A stretch of 62,962 nt of DNA, the filler included, from Olpidium bornovanus S191 (Eukaryota; Fungi; Olpidiomycota), in NCBI GenBank assembly GCA_017911155.1. It is 33 parts of 33 records of this genome, joined end to end, with 100 filler letters (N's around TTAATTAATTAA, not from the genome) between each part and the next. Parts side by side here need not be neighbours in the genome. Positions count along the whole stretch, not along the records: positions 20,361 to 23,125 come from JAEFCI010002082.1; positions 23,226 to 26,409 come from JAEFCI010007113.1; positions 26,510 to 27,935 come from JAEFCI010002130.1; positions 28,036 to 29,384 come from JAEFCI010008947.1; positions 29,485 to 31,137 come from JAEFCI010008184.1; positions 31,238 to 32,340 come from JAEFCI010013015.1; positions 32,441 to 34,132 come from JAEFCI010005204.1; 26 more parts are not named here. The stretch is one strand, 5' to 3'. Under the pieces are notes generated by a model. It made no database searches, was not told the DNA's origin, and saw only the letters and a list, made by a program, of their open reading frames with translations. Made by a program: the position numbers and the translations under genes. Positions 23,069-33,800 of this stretch are shown here, piece by piece (the first letter of the stretch is position 1; every line of letters starts with the position of its first letter).

Positions 23069-26000
23069 GTCGGTTTTTCGCCATCTTACGTTTCGAATGG
23101 CTTTGATGGGCGGCGCAAACGGCTGNNNNNNNNNNNNNNNNNNNNNNNNNNNNNNNNNNNNNNNNNNNNTTAATTAATTAANNNNNNNNNNNNNNNNNNN
23201 NNNNNNNNNNNNNNNNNNNNNNNNNCACTTCCCGCGGCCCGACCAACGATCCCCACGGCACAGCGGCGTAGGTACTGGCGAGCCAGGCGTTCTAATAGGC
23301 AACGAAGCACCAACGTATAGCATAAGGTCGTCATTAGTCTTGCATGCACGCGATACGAAGGAAGGAGGGTATGCGTGCGTGTGGCATCAGAATGTCTTCA
23401 TACTATACACGCACGCTGTGCTAAGGAAGGAGGCAGGGCGGTTTGGGGCCGCAGACGGGAAATGCAGCCGCTCTTGGAAACGGGGAGTCGCGGGAAAACA
23501 TTTGCGGCGAGTTAAAAAACAGCACGTTTGCTATCAGTCGTGCTTAGCTGGAATCTCGCCGGGCAACCCGCTAAGTTAAACTAGGCAATTTCGGAAAAAA
23601 CAATCTGCAGTGAAAGTAACCGGGGGAAGGGGGGATGTGGGCGGGGGGACGATTCAAACAATGTCGGTGCCAGTAACAAAGATCGAGTGAAGCGGCGCTG
23701 CGGCATATGATGCCAGCACTTGCGAAAGCAAGGGGAAAGGGCAAGGAATGGAGAAAACGCATAACGGACCGTACGGCGATGATTGAATGTAAAGAAATAT
23801 CGCAGGAACGGGGGCTTCGGCGACACCACGGGCCTCTGGCTGTTTTTTTTTCTCCCGCAAACGTGCTTTTGCGTAGCAACGAATATAGGTGACGTCGCCG
23901 ATATTCGGTGCGCTGTAGTCAAACAGCCTGAAGTTGAGCAATCGTGGTTGCCCGGGAGCTGCCGCGGTCATGCCCTCTGTGCCTGCGCAAAACCGTGACC
24001 TCGGCCAATCAGCGCCTTGAACATCGTGTTATGCTCACGAGTGTGACCCATCGGTACTGACCCGTCGGACCGACTTGACCGTGCCTCCGCTGTCGCAGTG
24101 AAATTGCTGGTTCCCGATTGGCCGCGCGGTGGTGGTGGCCCGGCAACCCGAGTCTCAGGCCCGCAAAAAACTTCACTGAGGAATCTCATCTGCCTTTTCT
24201 CCCCAGGCGGCTCCCCGTGCAGGCAGGTCTCTGTGCTGCGGCAGGACGGATTTGCGTGTGCACACCGCCGAGCCTTAAGGAGGGGCATCCCGCCAGGAAA
24301 ACAGTGTTTCAGTCTAAAAGGGTATGAGCACCCAGCTTCTGCTTGGTTTGATCAGATGGCAACCGACTCGTGAGCACGCCCCAAGGGCATCCAAGCAAGA
24401 GATAAATGAAGTAGTTTGTTCAAGAGAAGAGAATCTGGTGAGAGACCGCTCTGCCGAGGTAGTACTGGTATGGAGGAGAACCCTTCTCTCACGTTATAAC
24501 CATGCAGGACCCAGCCAACCGTTACACGCACCCACTTTCCCCCAAACTGGAGAGGTTGAACCAAGCGGGCCCCGACAAATGCCACATTCTGCCATTACCA
24601 GAACACACCGCGGTGCACACACACAGAAAGAGAAAGTTCCCATCTTTCTTCTAATAAATTTTGTCCGCCGCGGGACACCCTCTTCAGATGCCGGTGTACG
24701 TTTTCTTTTTTTTGCCATATGGGGGGGATTGATCGACCCTGGTGCTTTTAAATCCCTGCTTGCCGTTGCTTCCTCCGGGGGAATCGGAGCGTGGCGCGCT
24801 GCAAGAAAGACACTTGGCGGCGTTCAACGTGTGCTGTATCGATGTCTGCGCACCGAAACGAGGCAAGCTGCCTGTCCGCAGCGGAGACCGGCGAAGACGT
24901 CCGCCGCGCCCTCCAACGGCGACAATGCCGCCTCGCGGCTTACTTTCGCGACAACCGCAGATCGTACGCGCGCGAACAGGGAGGTCGCGCCGGAAGCGGC
25001 CGTTGGATTTTTTTTTTTCAATTAAAACACAGAGTATATATTTTTAGATAAACTATTATTAGTAAATTGGATATTTACGATATATTAATTTTTGTTTGTA
25101 TTCTTTATAAATCATTTATATACTTACTATATAGTACTATATCAACTATTACAATGATTAATATAACAATAAAGAAAGCTTTTATTGCGGTGCAGGAAAC
25201 TCAGGGACCCAGAGGGGAAGGCGTGCGACGTATTTTTGGCTTCTCTGCGCTATCGGGCCATCCGTGCGAAGCGAGAGGGGCGTGCGGAATTCGGAATTCC
25301 CCAAAACTTGCCGGATACCTCCCGTCAGCGCGTTCCTGGCCGAGCACCCCACCCGGCAGTGGTGGGACTTGCGTCGATGGTGAGCAATACAGGCCAAGTT
25401 CCCGCGTGGTGGCCGAGAGAAGGGGAGTGGGCACGTTCCCCAGCGCGGCCTCTAGGTTGGTCACTGCCGGATTACAGGCCGTGTCCCGGGGCCACGTCCG
25501 CCGCTCTCGCCGCGGCAGAACGACAGAGGTCCGACGCACTCGGCATACTGCCGGACAAATTCCCGGAAAAATCTTGCAGCGCCTTTGAAAACTCCCGTCC
25601 GAACGACGGATGCGGCCGTTGGCCGGGGGGGGGGGCGGCGTGCTCCGCCCGGGGGCCGAAACAGAGTTGGCACATTCGCTCCGTCGACGGCACCTCATCA
25701 CGCCGCGTGCCGTCAATTGTTGTCACGCATCAGCATCCACATGCCGGGGTCCGCTTAACACCCCATGCAAGAGAAGAGCTTCGAGAGTCGTCCATGTCGT
25801 GTCCTGAGTGATAAAGGAATTCTGCAGTCTTTTCTTCAAATGACTTGTTGAATAATTTACACCGCTTTTACACCCTATCGACATCCTCTCGGCGCGCGTG
25901 TCGAAGCTCGGCCCATCCGTCCATTCACGCAGATTCCTCCCACAACGCGGGAGAGTCGAACACGCGGCGGACGGGATGGATGGCACCTGGGCGGCGCGCG

Positions 26001-26291
26001 GCGCGAGCTTCCGACACGCGGGCTTGGGGCGAGCGGAGCATGCGATGCGCCGATGGGCCGTGGGATCTGGCACGAACCACGGCGCCTCTCAAGCTCCTCC
26101 ACATGCGGCTTTTCCCTTGCTCCAGGTTCCGTTGCGTCGCGCGTTCTCTCTGTCATCATCAAAACGGGTCTGCCCCTCCTTTTCCTCCTCCTCCTCCCGC
26201 CCGCCCGTCCGCCCCCCGCTCGGCCGCTTTCCGCCCCGGCTTCCCCCCGGGAAAAACGCGCACAAGCGCAAAAAAGGAAACAAAAAAAAAG

Positions 26292-26336
<45 letters not shown>

Positions 26337-26364
26337 CCCCCCCCCGGCGGGGGCGCGCGGGGGG

Positions 26365-26402
<38 letters not shown>

Positions 26403-27342
26403 GCGGCCANNNNNNNNNNNNNNNNNNNNNNNNNNNNNNNNNNNNNNNNNNNNTTAATTAATTAANNNNNNNNNNNNNNNNNNNNNNNNNNNNNNNNNNN
26501 NNNNNNNNNGAGTTAGGCACCAAGCGAGTTCCGGAATGCTCGTAAAACAGCAGTTGGCCTATGGCTCTTGGCCTCTGCGAACGTAAATTTTTTTTTACTA
26601 CGTAGGGGGCACAAACCGCCTTCGTAGGCAGATACCAGAACCGGCTGGTCAAAGCCGATGCACGGCAGGGCCCTGAGAGCCCGAAAGCATAGAGGGATGG
26701 GCCAGAGTTGACCGACCGCGAGCGGCGAACCCGCTGCTCCCGAATGCTGTGCGTCACAGGAACGGAGTGCGGTATGCGCCAAATCCGGGGCGGCGGCTTA
26801 ACGCGAACGTTCTCGACGTGGGCGTGATGCGCTCTGCGTCGCACCCGACCAGGGTCGGATGCCGGCGAAGCCCGGTGCCGCGCTGTTGCGGCTGCCGGGG
26901 CCATGTTTGCCTTGTTGCATTGGACCGACACCGCCGGAGAGGAGCAGGAACACATACCCTCTCGCCCAGAGGCGAGAGGTGGAAGGGAGTGGGGGGAAGT
27001 GGCTCACGCTCGCGCGCGCGCCCGCGTATCTCACACCCCCGTCACCCCCTCCCGCCCATTTTTTTTTTTTTTTTTTCCGGGCACGTACATTTGCCGGCAC
27101 AAAAAGAAAGAACCAAAAAACGCGTTTTTTGCCCTGCGCCCGCACCACGTCCTCACACGCACACCCGCACACCCGCACACCCGCACACCCGCACCCGCCA
27201 CTTCCCTTCCGTCCTCCCTACCCTCCCCTTCTTTCCCAACCAACCCACTACCAAATCTTCAAAATCCCTGCATTCGCTGAGAAGCAGGGAGCATCGACTT
27301 TTTTTTGCGAAGAGAAAAACCTGCGAAAAAAAGGGAGTGAAG

Positions 27343-27898
27343 ATGGCCAGCTTTATACTCGCCGGGGTTATGAACGACATCGAATTGGCAAAGGTAAAAA
27401 ATATACATATACATACATGTATATATAAAATAATCATGGCGCTGATCGCTACCCGAAAAAAGCACAATGTCCCGGCCTCGACAAAATCTTTTGAGCCCGC
27501 GTTTGTTTTGCTTTGTTTTCATTTTTTTCTATTTTCTATTTTTTTTTTACGCTTTCTGAAGGCCGAAGCCGTCGCAAACCACCTCCAGCTGAATCTCTCG
27601 TCCTACAAGGCGTCGGTGCAACTCGTAGCGGAGGAGGAGTGGACTGAATACCTTGCGGCCCAGATGCGGACGTACGGGTGGAGAGCGTGCGATCCCGGGA
27701 AGGCGGCGGCGGCGGCGGCGAAGCCGGCGCAGCACTGCGGCGGTGGCGGAGGCGCAGGAGGATTAGAGCCGTGCGCGGACCAGGCGAGATTTAACCGTCG
27801 GGTCCTGGTTCCAGAGGGCCGGGTCGGCGGCAAGGCGGTGGAAGACGAGAAGACGTGGTGCAAATCCTGCGTGTGGAGGGAAACGGGCGAATTGATCG
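27343..27898 (+). CDS. Protein with MDH1B-like N-terminal (glutaredoxin-like) domain, 5' portion
   Basis: MASFILAG...LAK|AEAVANHLQLNL...EEEWTEYL...GW...CVWRETGELIG parallels the MDH1B N-terminus (MAKFVIAG...AKAEL.AD.LQKNL...W..WL...W...IIWRE). The contig ends in the next intron. Confidence 0.62.
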
Positions 27899-28036
27899 GT
27901 GAGAGGGGCGGGGGAGGGGGGAAGTTTTGCGAAAANNNNNNNNNNNNNNNNNNNNNNNNNNNNNNNNNNNNNNNNNNNNTTAATTAATTAANNNNNNNNN
28001 NNNNNNNNNNNNNNNNNNNNNNNNNNNNNNNNNNNC

Positions 28037-29112
28037 CTCAGCGAGGCCGTCGGCTCCGTCACGGCCGAACTTATTGTCCCACAGGTTGAGCATTGTAAGA
28101 CTTTTGTTCGCCTTTAACGCGTTGCCAAGGTGCGCCGCTCCGCTGTCGGATATCCGGTTGCCCCGCAAGGAAAGCACCCTTAGCAGACTGTCCTCCGCGA
28201 GCAACTGAGCCCAAACGTGGTCGCTCTCCTGCGGGAGTGGATTCCGGTCGAGGCATAGGCTTCGGACGTTCGATCCCGCGATGAGCTGACAAAGCGCGGC
28301 GATCTGGGCTTCTTCCAGCCCGCAATTGCTAAGGCTAGATTTCAGGGGTGAGAGGGGCGCGGGGTGGGGACTAAGCAGAGTGCGGATTTTTCGGGGACAC
28401 CGTAATACCCACGAAGGGGCGCGAGGTTGGCAGACCTGGCCGCCGTCCTTCAATGTACGTACGACTCACCAAAGCTCCGAGACGGAAACGCACGCCGAGC
28501 AGCAGCTGGCGAGTATGTCGATCGCGCCGGGAGGTAGCCTGTAGCCCTGAACCCCGACTTTGTAGATGTCCTCGGACTCGTCGGCCTGGAGGTTGATCGT
28601 CGGGGTGTACTTGTAGGCGGAGACGCACGGGCGCTGAGAGCGGTGGAGGTCTTCCTGACGGTCCAGCGCAAGGAGGTTGATGGAATCGTAGAGCGAGAGA
28701 GACGGGCGGCTTGCGGCGTCGATGCGGCCATTGCCGCCGAGCTCCCCGGCGCCGCCCGCGTCGCCCGCCCGGCCGAGGCCTTCGTCCGCCTCGCGCGGCA
28801 GAGCGTACCGCTCCGGCCCGGGCGCCTGCGGGAGCGGGAGAGGCGGCAGCGGAAACCCGAACCTCCGCAGGGCCATCGGCTTCACGCCCATCCGCTTGCA
28901 GTGCGCCAGGTAGTCGGACTCGAAGTTCCCCGTGAGGGCCGCTGTGCGGTTGGCGGGCGTCGGAAATCCCCGCCGGTCAACGGCATACCCCGCCTCGGCG
29001 CAAAAAGGGCGCTCGAGGCGTGCGCGCGCGTGACCCGAAAGGCATCAAAAAGCGGCTCGTTTCGAAGGCCAAGGACTCCCCGTCCCCTACCGTCTTCGTC
29101 CAGGTCTACCAT
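28037..29112 (-). CDS. LRRC71: LRRC71-like leucine-rich repeat protein, partial
   Basis: Exons read MVDLDED|AALTGNFESDYLAHCKR...GYRLPPGAIDIL...|NCGL...LCLDRNPLP...LRVLSLRGNRISDSGAAHLGNALKANKSLTMLNLWDNKFG, RI-type LRRs with the LRRC71-like N-terminal TG.(F/L)E.D motif. Confidence 0.65.
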
Positions 29113-30041
29113 CTCGAACGCGAGGCGACGGGCGACCTCGCGATCCGCGGCGAGCCGGCAGCTGCGTGCTCAGCGATCGGTTGTGGTGTACTCTTGAAAG
29201 GCACGGCAGGCCTGGGGGTGGGGGGGTGGGGCGAAAAGGTGGAGGAGAGAGTTTGGGGCATTCGGTGGGAGGTTACCGGGGACGAATCGCAGCCAAGCAA
29301 AAAAAAAAAAAAAAAAAAAAAACACTGTTTTGACGGCAAAAAGGGGTGAAAGGGGGGCACCGCACCCGCGCACCAACCCCTCCCNNNNNNNNNNNNNNNN
29401 NNNNNNNNNNNNNNNNNNNNNNNNNNNNTTAATTAATTAANNNNNNNNNNNNNNNNNNNNNNNNNNNNNNNNNNNNNNNNNNNNCATGGAATGCGTAAAG
29501 GAAGCCTGATGCAGGCACCAGCATACCATCCGCCTTACTAAAGCAACGGAGTGAAACAGTAGAAATGTAATTATTAAATATATAAATTTATACGTAATAG
29601 ATTCACCTATGACTCTAAATGGTGCATTTATAGAGTATACGTTAACTCATTATTATTATCCTATAAATATACCTATATATAATCGACGTGAATTACTATA
29701 CCTGCTAATATTAGTACTAGTACAAAATTTACTATAATTATTTCTGTAATTATTAGAATTATTCTATTGATATGGTAACCTACGAATTTAACATCGATTG
29801 AAATGGGAGACTCGGCGGGGTGCGGAGCGGCGACTGGAGGGGCGATGACGGAGGGGCTAGAGCGAGGCGCTGTGCAGCAGCGCAGGCGGCGGCGAGGCGA
29901 TGCCGAGGCGGTGGACGGCGAGCCCCCTCCGGAAAAGGTGCGACATATATAAGGCACACTCCCACACTTCCCCCAAACGCCCCGCCGTCCCTGGCTCCCA
30001 ACCACGGTGCTTCACGCTCGTGCTGACCCCAAACAACCCTT

Positions 30042-30107
30042 CCGGCCCTCGCTCCCAACCCCGCCGGCCCTCGCTCCCAACCCCGCCGGCCCTCGCTCCC
30101 AACCCCG
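30042..30107. repeat. Three perfect tandem copies of a 22-bp unit (ccggccctcgctcccaaccccg)
   Basis: Copies read directly at 30042, 30064 and 30086. Confidence 0.95.
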
Positions 30108-31237
30108 CCGCCCAGTTCCGCGGCCAACAGTCCCGCTTCCCCCTCTGTGCACGCCAGCGGGACGCGTGGTTCTGGAAGCGGGGAATGCGCTTTCTGGCTG
30201 CCTGCGGGCGCATCCCCAAGTCGTTCCGGATAGGAAAGCGCGTTTTCCGGGCGCTCGTCATTCGCACAAGGTCAGCGGGTTAGTACTTTCCTTCGCACTT
30301 TCCTTTCGTGGGTGGCCGTCCACTGTGCGCAGTGCAGGCATGCCCCTCTCGCGCCGGCCACGGGATTCCCGCACCGCGCTGTGGGTACCTCAGGCGGGAA
30401 AGTCGGAACGAGGAAATTCAAACTCGACCATATGGCAAAGGTTCTCACACCCGCCTTGTCCAATCACGGCAATAAACCTAATGAAATACGGCTGCGTGGG
30501 CGGCTCTTGCAGAAGTCAGCATGCCTTTCGAAGCCAAGAGTGCGCTCAATGCGCGTTAACATTGCCGGCGGTGTTCTCACCCTTCCGCGATTTCGCTAAC
30601 GTTACTCGTCGCTTTCCTCCCCTTCCCTCTGGCTTGTCGTCACGCGGCAGGAGCCATACAGCTGGCACTACGTGTGACTAAGGCCTTTCTGTGCACCGGC
30701 ACGTCACTCAGGTGCGTTGTGGAGTTTGAAAAGATAAGAGCATGATGAGACTGGGGTGGGTATTGTCAAGAGCTAGATGGCACGCGGTTCCTGTCGGGGC
30801 TGCGGTCATGTGGTACGGGCGAAAGCTCCTTCCCCTGGGAAGGGTTGTCTCAACCCTCCCTCGTGGATGCTTGCATGGTACCTGGTCCTGCCTGAATGGC
30901 AGGATGAAGTGACCTGCTTGTGCAGGATAGCCTTGCCCAGTCTTTGCGCAAGTACGTAGGGAAACTATGACATTTGATTTCGGGCAGCTGACTGTCGCAG
31001 GGCGCGCTCTTCGCCGTTGCGCACATTCGTCTGCACCAGACGATATCCGGCGTACGGCGCCTTTCGGCTCTGGCCGAGGGCCCGGCGTGCGGCGCGACAC
31101 ACATGCGCACACACTGCGCTGAGTGGTGCGGGCCCACNNNNNNNNNNNNNNNNNNNNNNNNNNNNNNNNNNNNNNNNNNNNTTAATTAATTAANNNNNNN
31201 NNNNNNNNNNNNNNNNNNNNNNNNNNNNNNNNNNNNN

Positions 31238-32340
31238 ACCAACTTCAACGTGGGCCGCGAGGTCACCTTCTACTGCCGCACGTTCCTGATAACCGGCTGC
31301 GACGTCTTTACCCGCAACTTCCTCTCCAAGATCGGGGTGTGGGTCCCGCCGAACATGGAATGCCCGAGCGACCCGTACACGCTGTGCCGGTCCGAGCTCA
31401 TGTCGCGGATGAAGCCCACGAGGCCGAACACGCAGCCAAAGGCCGCCCTCAAGAAGTTCCTGGAGAACGACCGGAGGGTACTGAGGTTCTACTGCCTCTG
31501 GGACGACTCCAGCTCCGTCTTCGGGGACTGCAGGAACATGATCCTCCATTACTTTTTGGTGAGTCCCGAAATTGAAGGGGAAAAAAAAATTATTACTCCG
31601 GTACGGGTGGGCCAGCTTTTATTTTATCTTGATTTTTTTTTTTTTTTGTTTTTTTGCCGTCTTACCGGTTCGGCAACTTCCCCTCTCCCCCACCCCACCC
31701 CATTATTTCTTGTCCAAAACCAAAAAAAAAAAAAAAAAAAAAAAAGGCGGACGACACCGTTGAGATCCGCGAACAGATCCCGCCCAATTCCGGCCGCGAC
31801 AACGTCACGAACTTCCTTCGCCGGTGCCGGCTGCCGAAGCACCCAAAGTTCAAGCCGATCGGCGGGAAGCCCGAGGGCCCGGACGAGTACTACACGGACC
31901 GCGACCTGACGATCGGCTCGGTGCTGCACCTGTACGGCCGGTCGTTCGTGATATGCGACTGCGACACGTTCACGAAGGAGTACTATTACCACAAGTACGG
32001 GATCGAAAGCTTCGAGCCCCTGACGTTCCAGCAGCCCGTGCAGATCGTCAGCACTTCCCCGCACGCCGGGCCGGCGTCCGCCCGACCGCCCGCGGCGGCG
32101 GCGGCGGCGGGCGGCAACAGTAACATCCCGCCCTACAACGGCTTCGGCAGCGAAGAGGATTCGCTCGGCTCCTGCATCGCCCTGATCCCCAAGCCGCCGA
32201 GGAAGGACTTCAAGAAGCTCATGCGCCACGACGGCAACGCCGCCCTCCGCTTCTCGGCTTCGCTCAACACCGCGAAGCAGGTCGACGCCGACAGGAGGTT
32301 CATTGTCCACTACTTCCTCGACGACGACGCCATCCAGGTC
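31238..32340 (+). CDS. EFHC2: Axonemal microtubule inner protein EFHC2/Rib72-like (DM10 domains), internal fragment
   Basis: DM10 motifs VLRFYCLWDDSSSVFGDCRNMILHYFL|ADDTVEIRE...SGRD and PPYNGFGSEEDSL...PKPPRKDFKK are closer to EFHC2 than to EFHC1. Confidence 0.88.
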
Positions 32341-32440
32341 NNNNNNNNNNNNNNNNNNNNNNNNNNNNNNNNNNNNNNNNNNNNTTAATTAATTAANNNN
32401 NNNNNNNNNNNNNNNNNNNNNNNNNNNNNNNNNNNNNNNN

Positions 32441-33800
32441 GCGAGAGGATATTGCCGGAATGTTGCACAGTGTGTCCGACAACCATCCTTGAGGCGTTCA
32501 GAAGGCCCAGAGTCGTTTCCAGCACGGGACAGGCGCTCTCCTCGGATCCCTGGTGTTCATGAAATTCCCGAGCGGTGGGGCCTGGGGTTAGCCACACATC
32601 CCATGTCGCGCATAAAAAAAAAAGTTCCGGCAGCAAAGGAAGTGCCCTCTTTACCAGTGCAAACCCCCGGAACCAAACGGGTCCGCTCTCCGAGAAAATG
32701 CCGTCGCCCCATCTCCCCTCACGCATGGCACCTCTCACTGCGCGGTTTATATCCGAAACGCTGCCTTTCGCCAGCCAAGTAGGAAGCAGGCCGCCGTGGC
32801 AGAACACCGTGTCGCCGACCACGGTTATCATGTCCAACTCCCGGAGGTAGCGTCCGAGCGGCCCGCTCGCACGAAAGGCCGCTTCGCGGTTGGCGAAACC
32901 GCCGAAGGTTGCCACGTCCCCGGCGGTGACGTACCGGAGATCGCCAGAAAGGTTCATGATCTCGTGGTTCCCGAGAAGTGGAATAACCTAAGGGCACGAA
33001 GTTGTTTTGAGAACGGCGGTCTTTTCCCACACCTGACCGGAGAAACGGCGGTATTTGTTGACTTGAAGACCAGGGAAGATAACCGAGGCGCTGGCGGATA
33101 AAACGCGGACGCACCAGCGCTACCTTACAGCTCCGCCAGCGGACGCGGCCTGCGCCCGCAGGTGCCGCAGCAGGGCATAGAGCGCGATTGTGTCGGGCCC
33201 GCGGTCCACGACGTCGCCCTAAAGCCGCGACTTCAACAACGGGGTGACGGAAGGACGAAGCGCCACGACGCGGACCAGCCGCGCGGCCGAACCATGGCCC
33301 TCACCGTCTGGACAAGGACGGAGCGACCACCAATCCACGTCAGATTGCCGACCCGACCTGCTTCCCGTTCGTTCCAGTCGTCAAAATCCACCAGGCCATC
33401 TGGGGCTCCTGTTTTTTCTTCGACGAGACCCGCGAGTTTGAGGACGTTGACGGCGCCGCGCAGATCGCCATGAAGATCGCCGACTGCCACCAGCCTGGCT
33501 GGGAAACCTTCGTTTTCGGCACGCGAGAAGGCAGCAAAACGTCAAAAGACCACAAAACGCGGCGGGCATAGGCGCAGTGGCGGACGGGAGTGCGTACGCA
33601 TGGGCGAGTCGCTGGCGTGGTGGCAACTGACCTGATGTGTTGGTTTTTAGCGGCGCGCGCAGAGTCCAGGGCGTGGTGGAGACCGTCGTCGCCGGCTCCC
33701 GCGGCAGACGCACGTACGCCGCGAGCGCCGACAAGGCAAGAAGTACGCCAAAGGCCAGCATATCAGCGGGTGGAAGCACCCTGCGGACGGCGCTACGCAC
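32441..33800 (-). CDS. Shewanella-like PPP metallophosphatase (SLP type) with N-terminal hydrophobic anchor, partial
   Basis: Motifs GDLHGD, QT|GDVVDRGPD, GNHEIMN, HGG, GPVWFRGFA and RMVVGHT occur in order. The N-terminus contains MLAFGVLLALSALAAYV. Confidence 0.88.

Noticed and set aside
16358-32340. Apparent cluster of flagellar genes (TSNAXIP1-like, MDH1B-like, LRRC71, EFHC2)
   Set aside because: Each gene is on a different contig separated by artificial spacers, so no physical linkage can be inferred.
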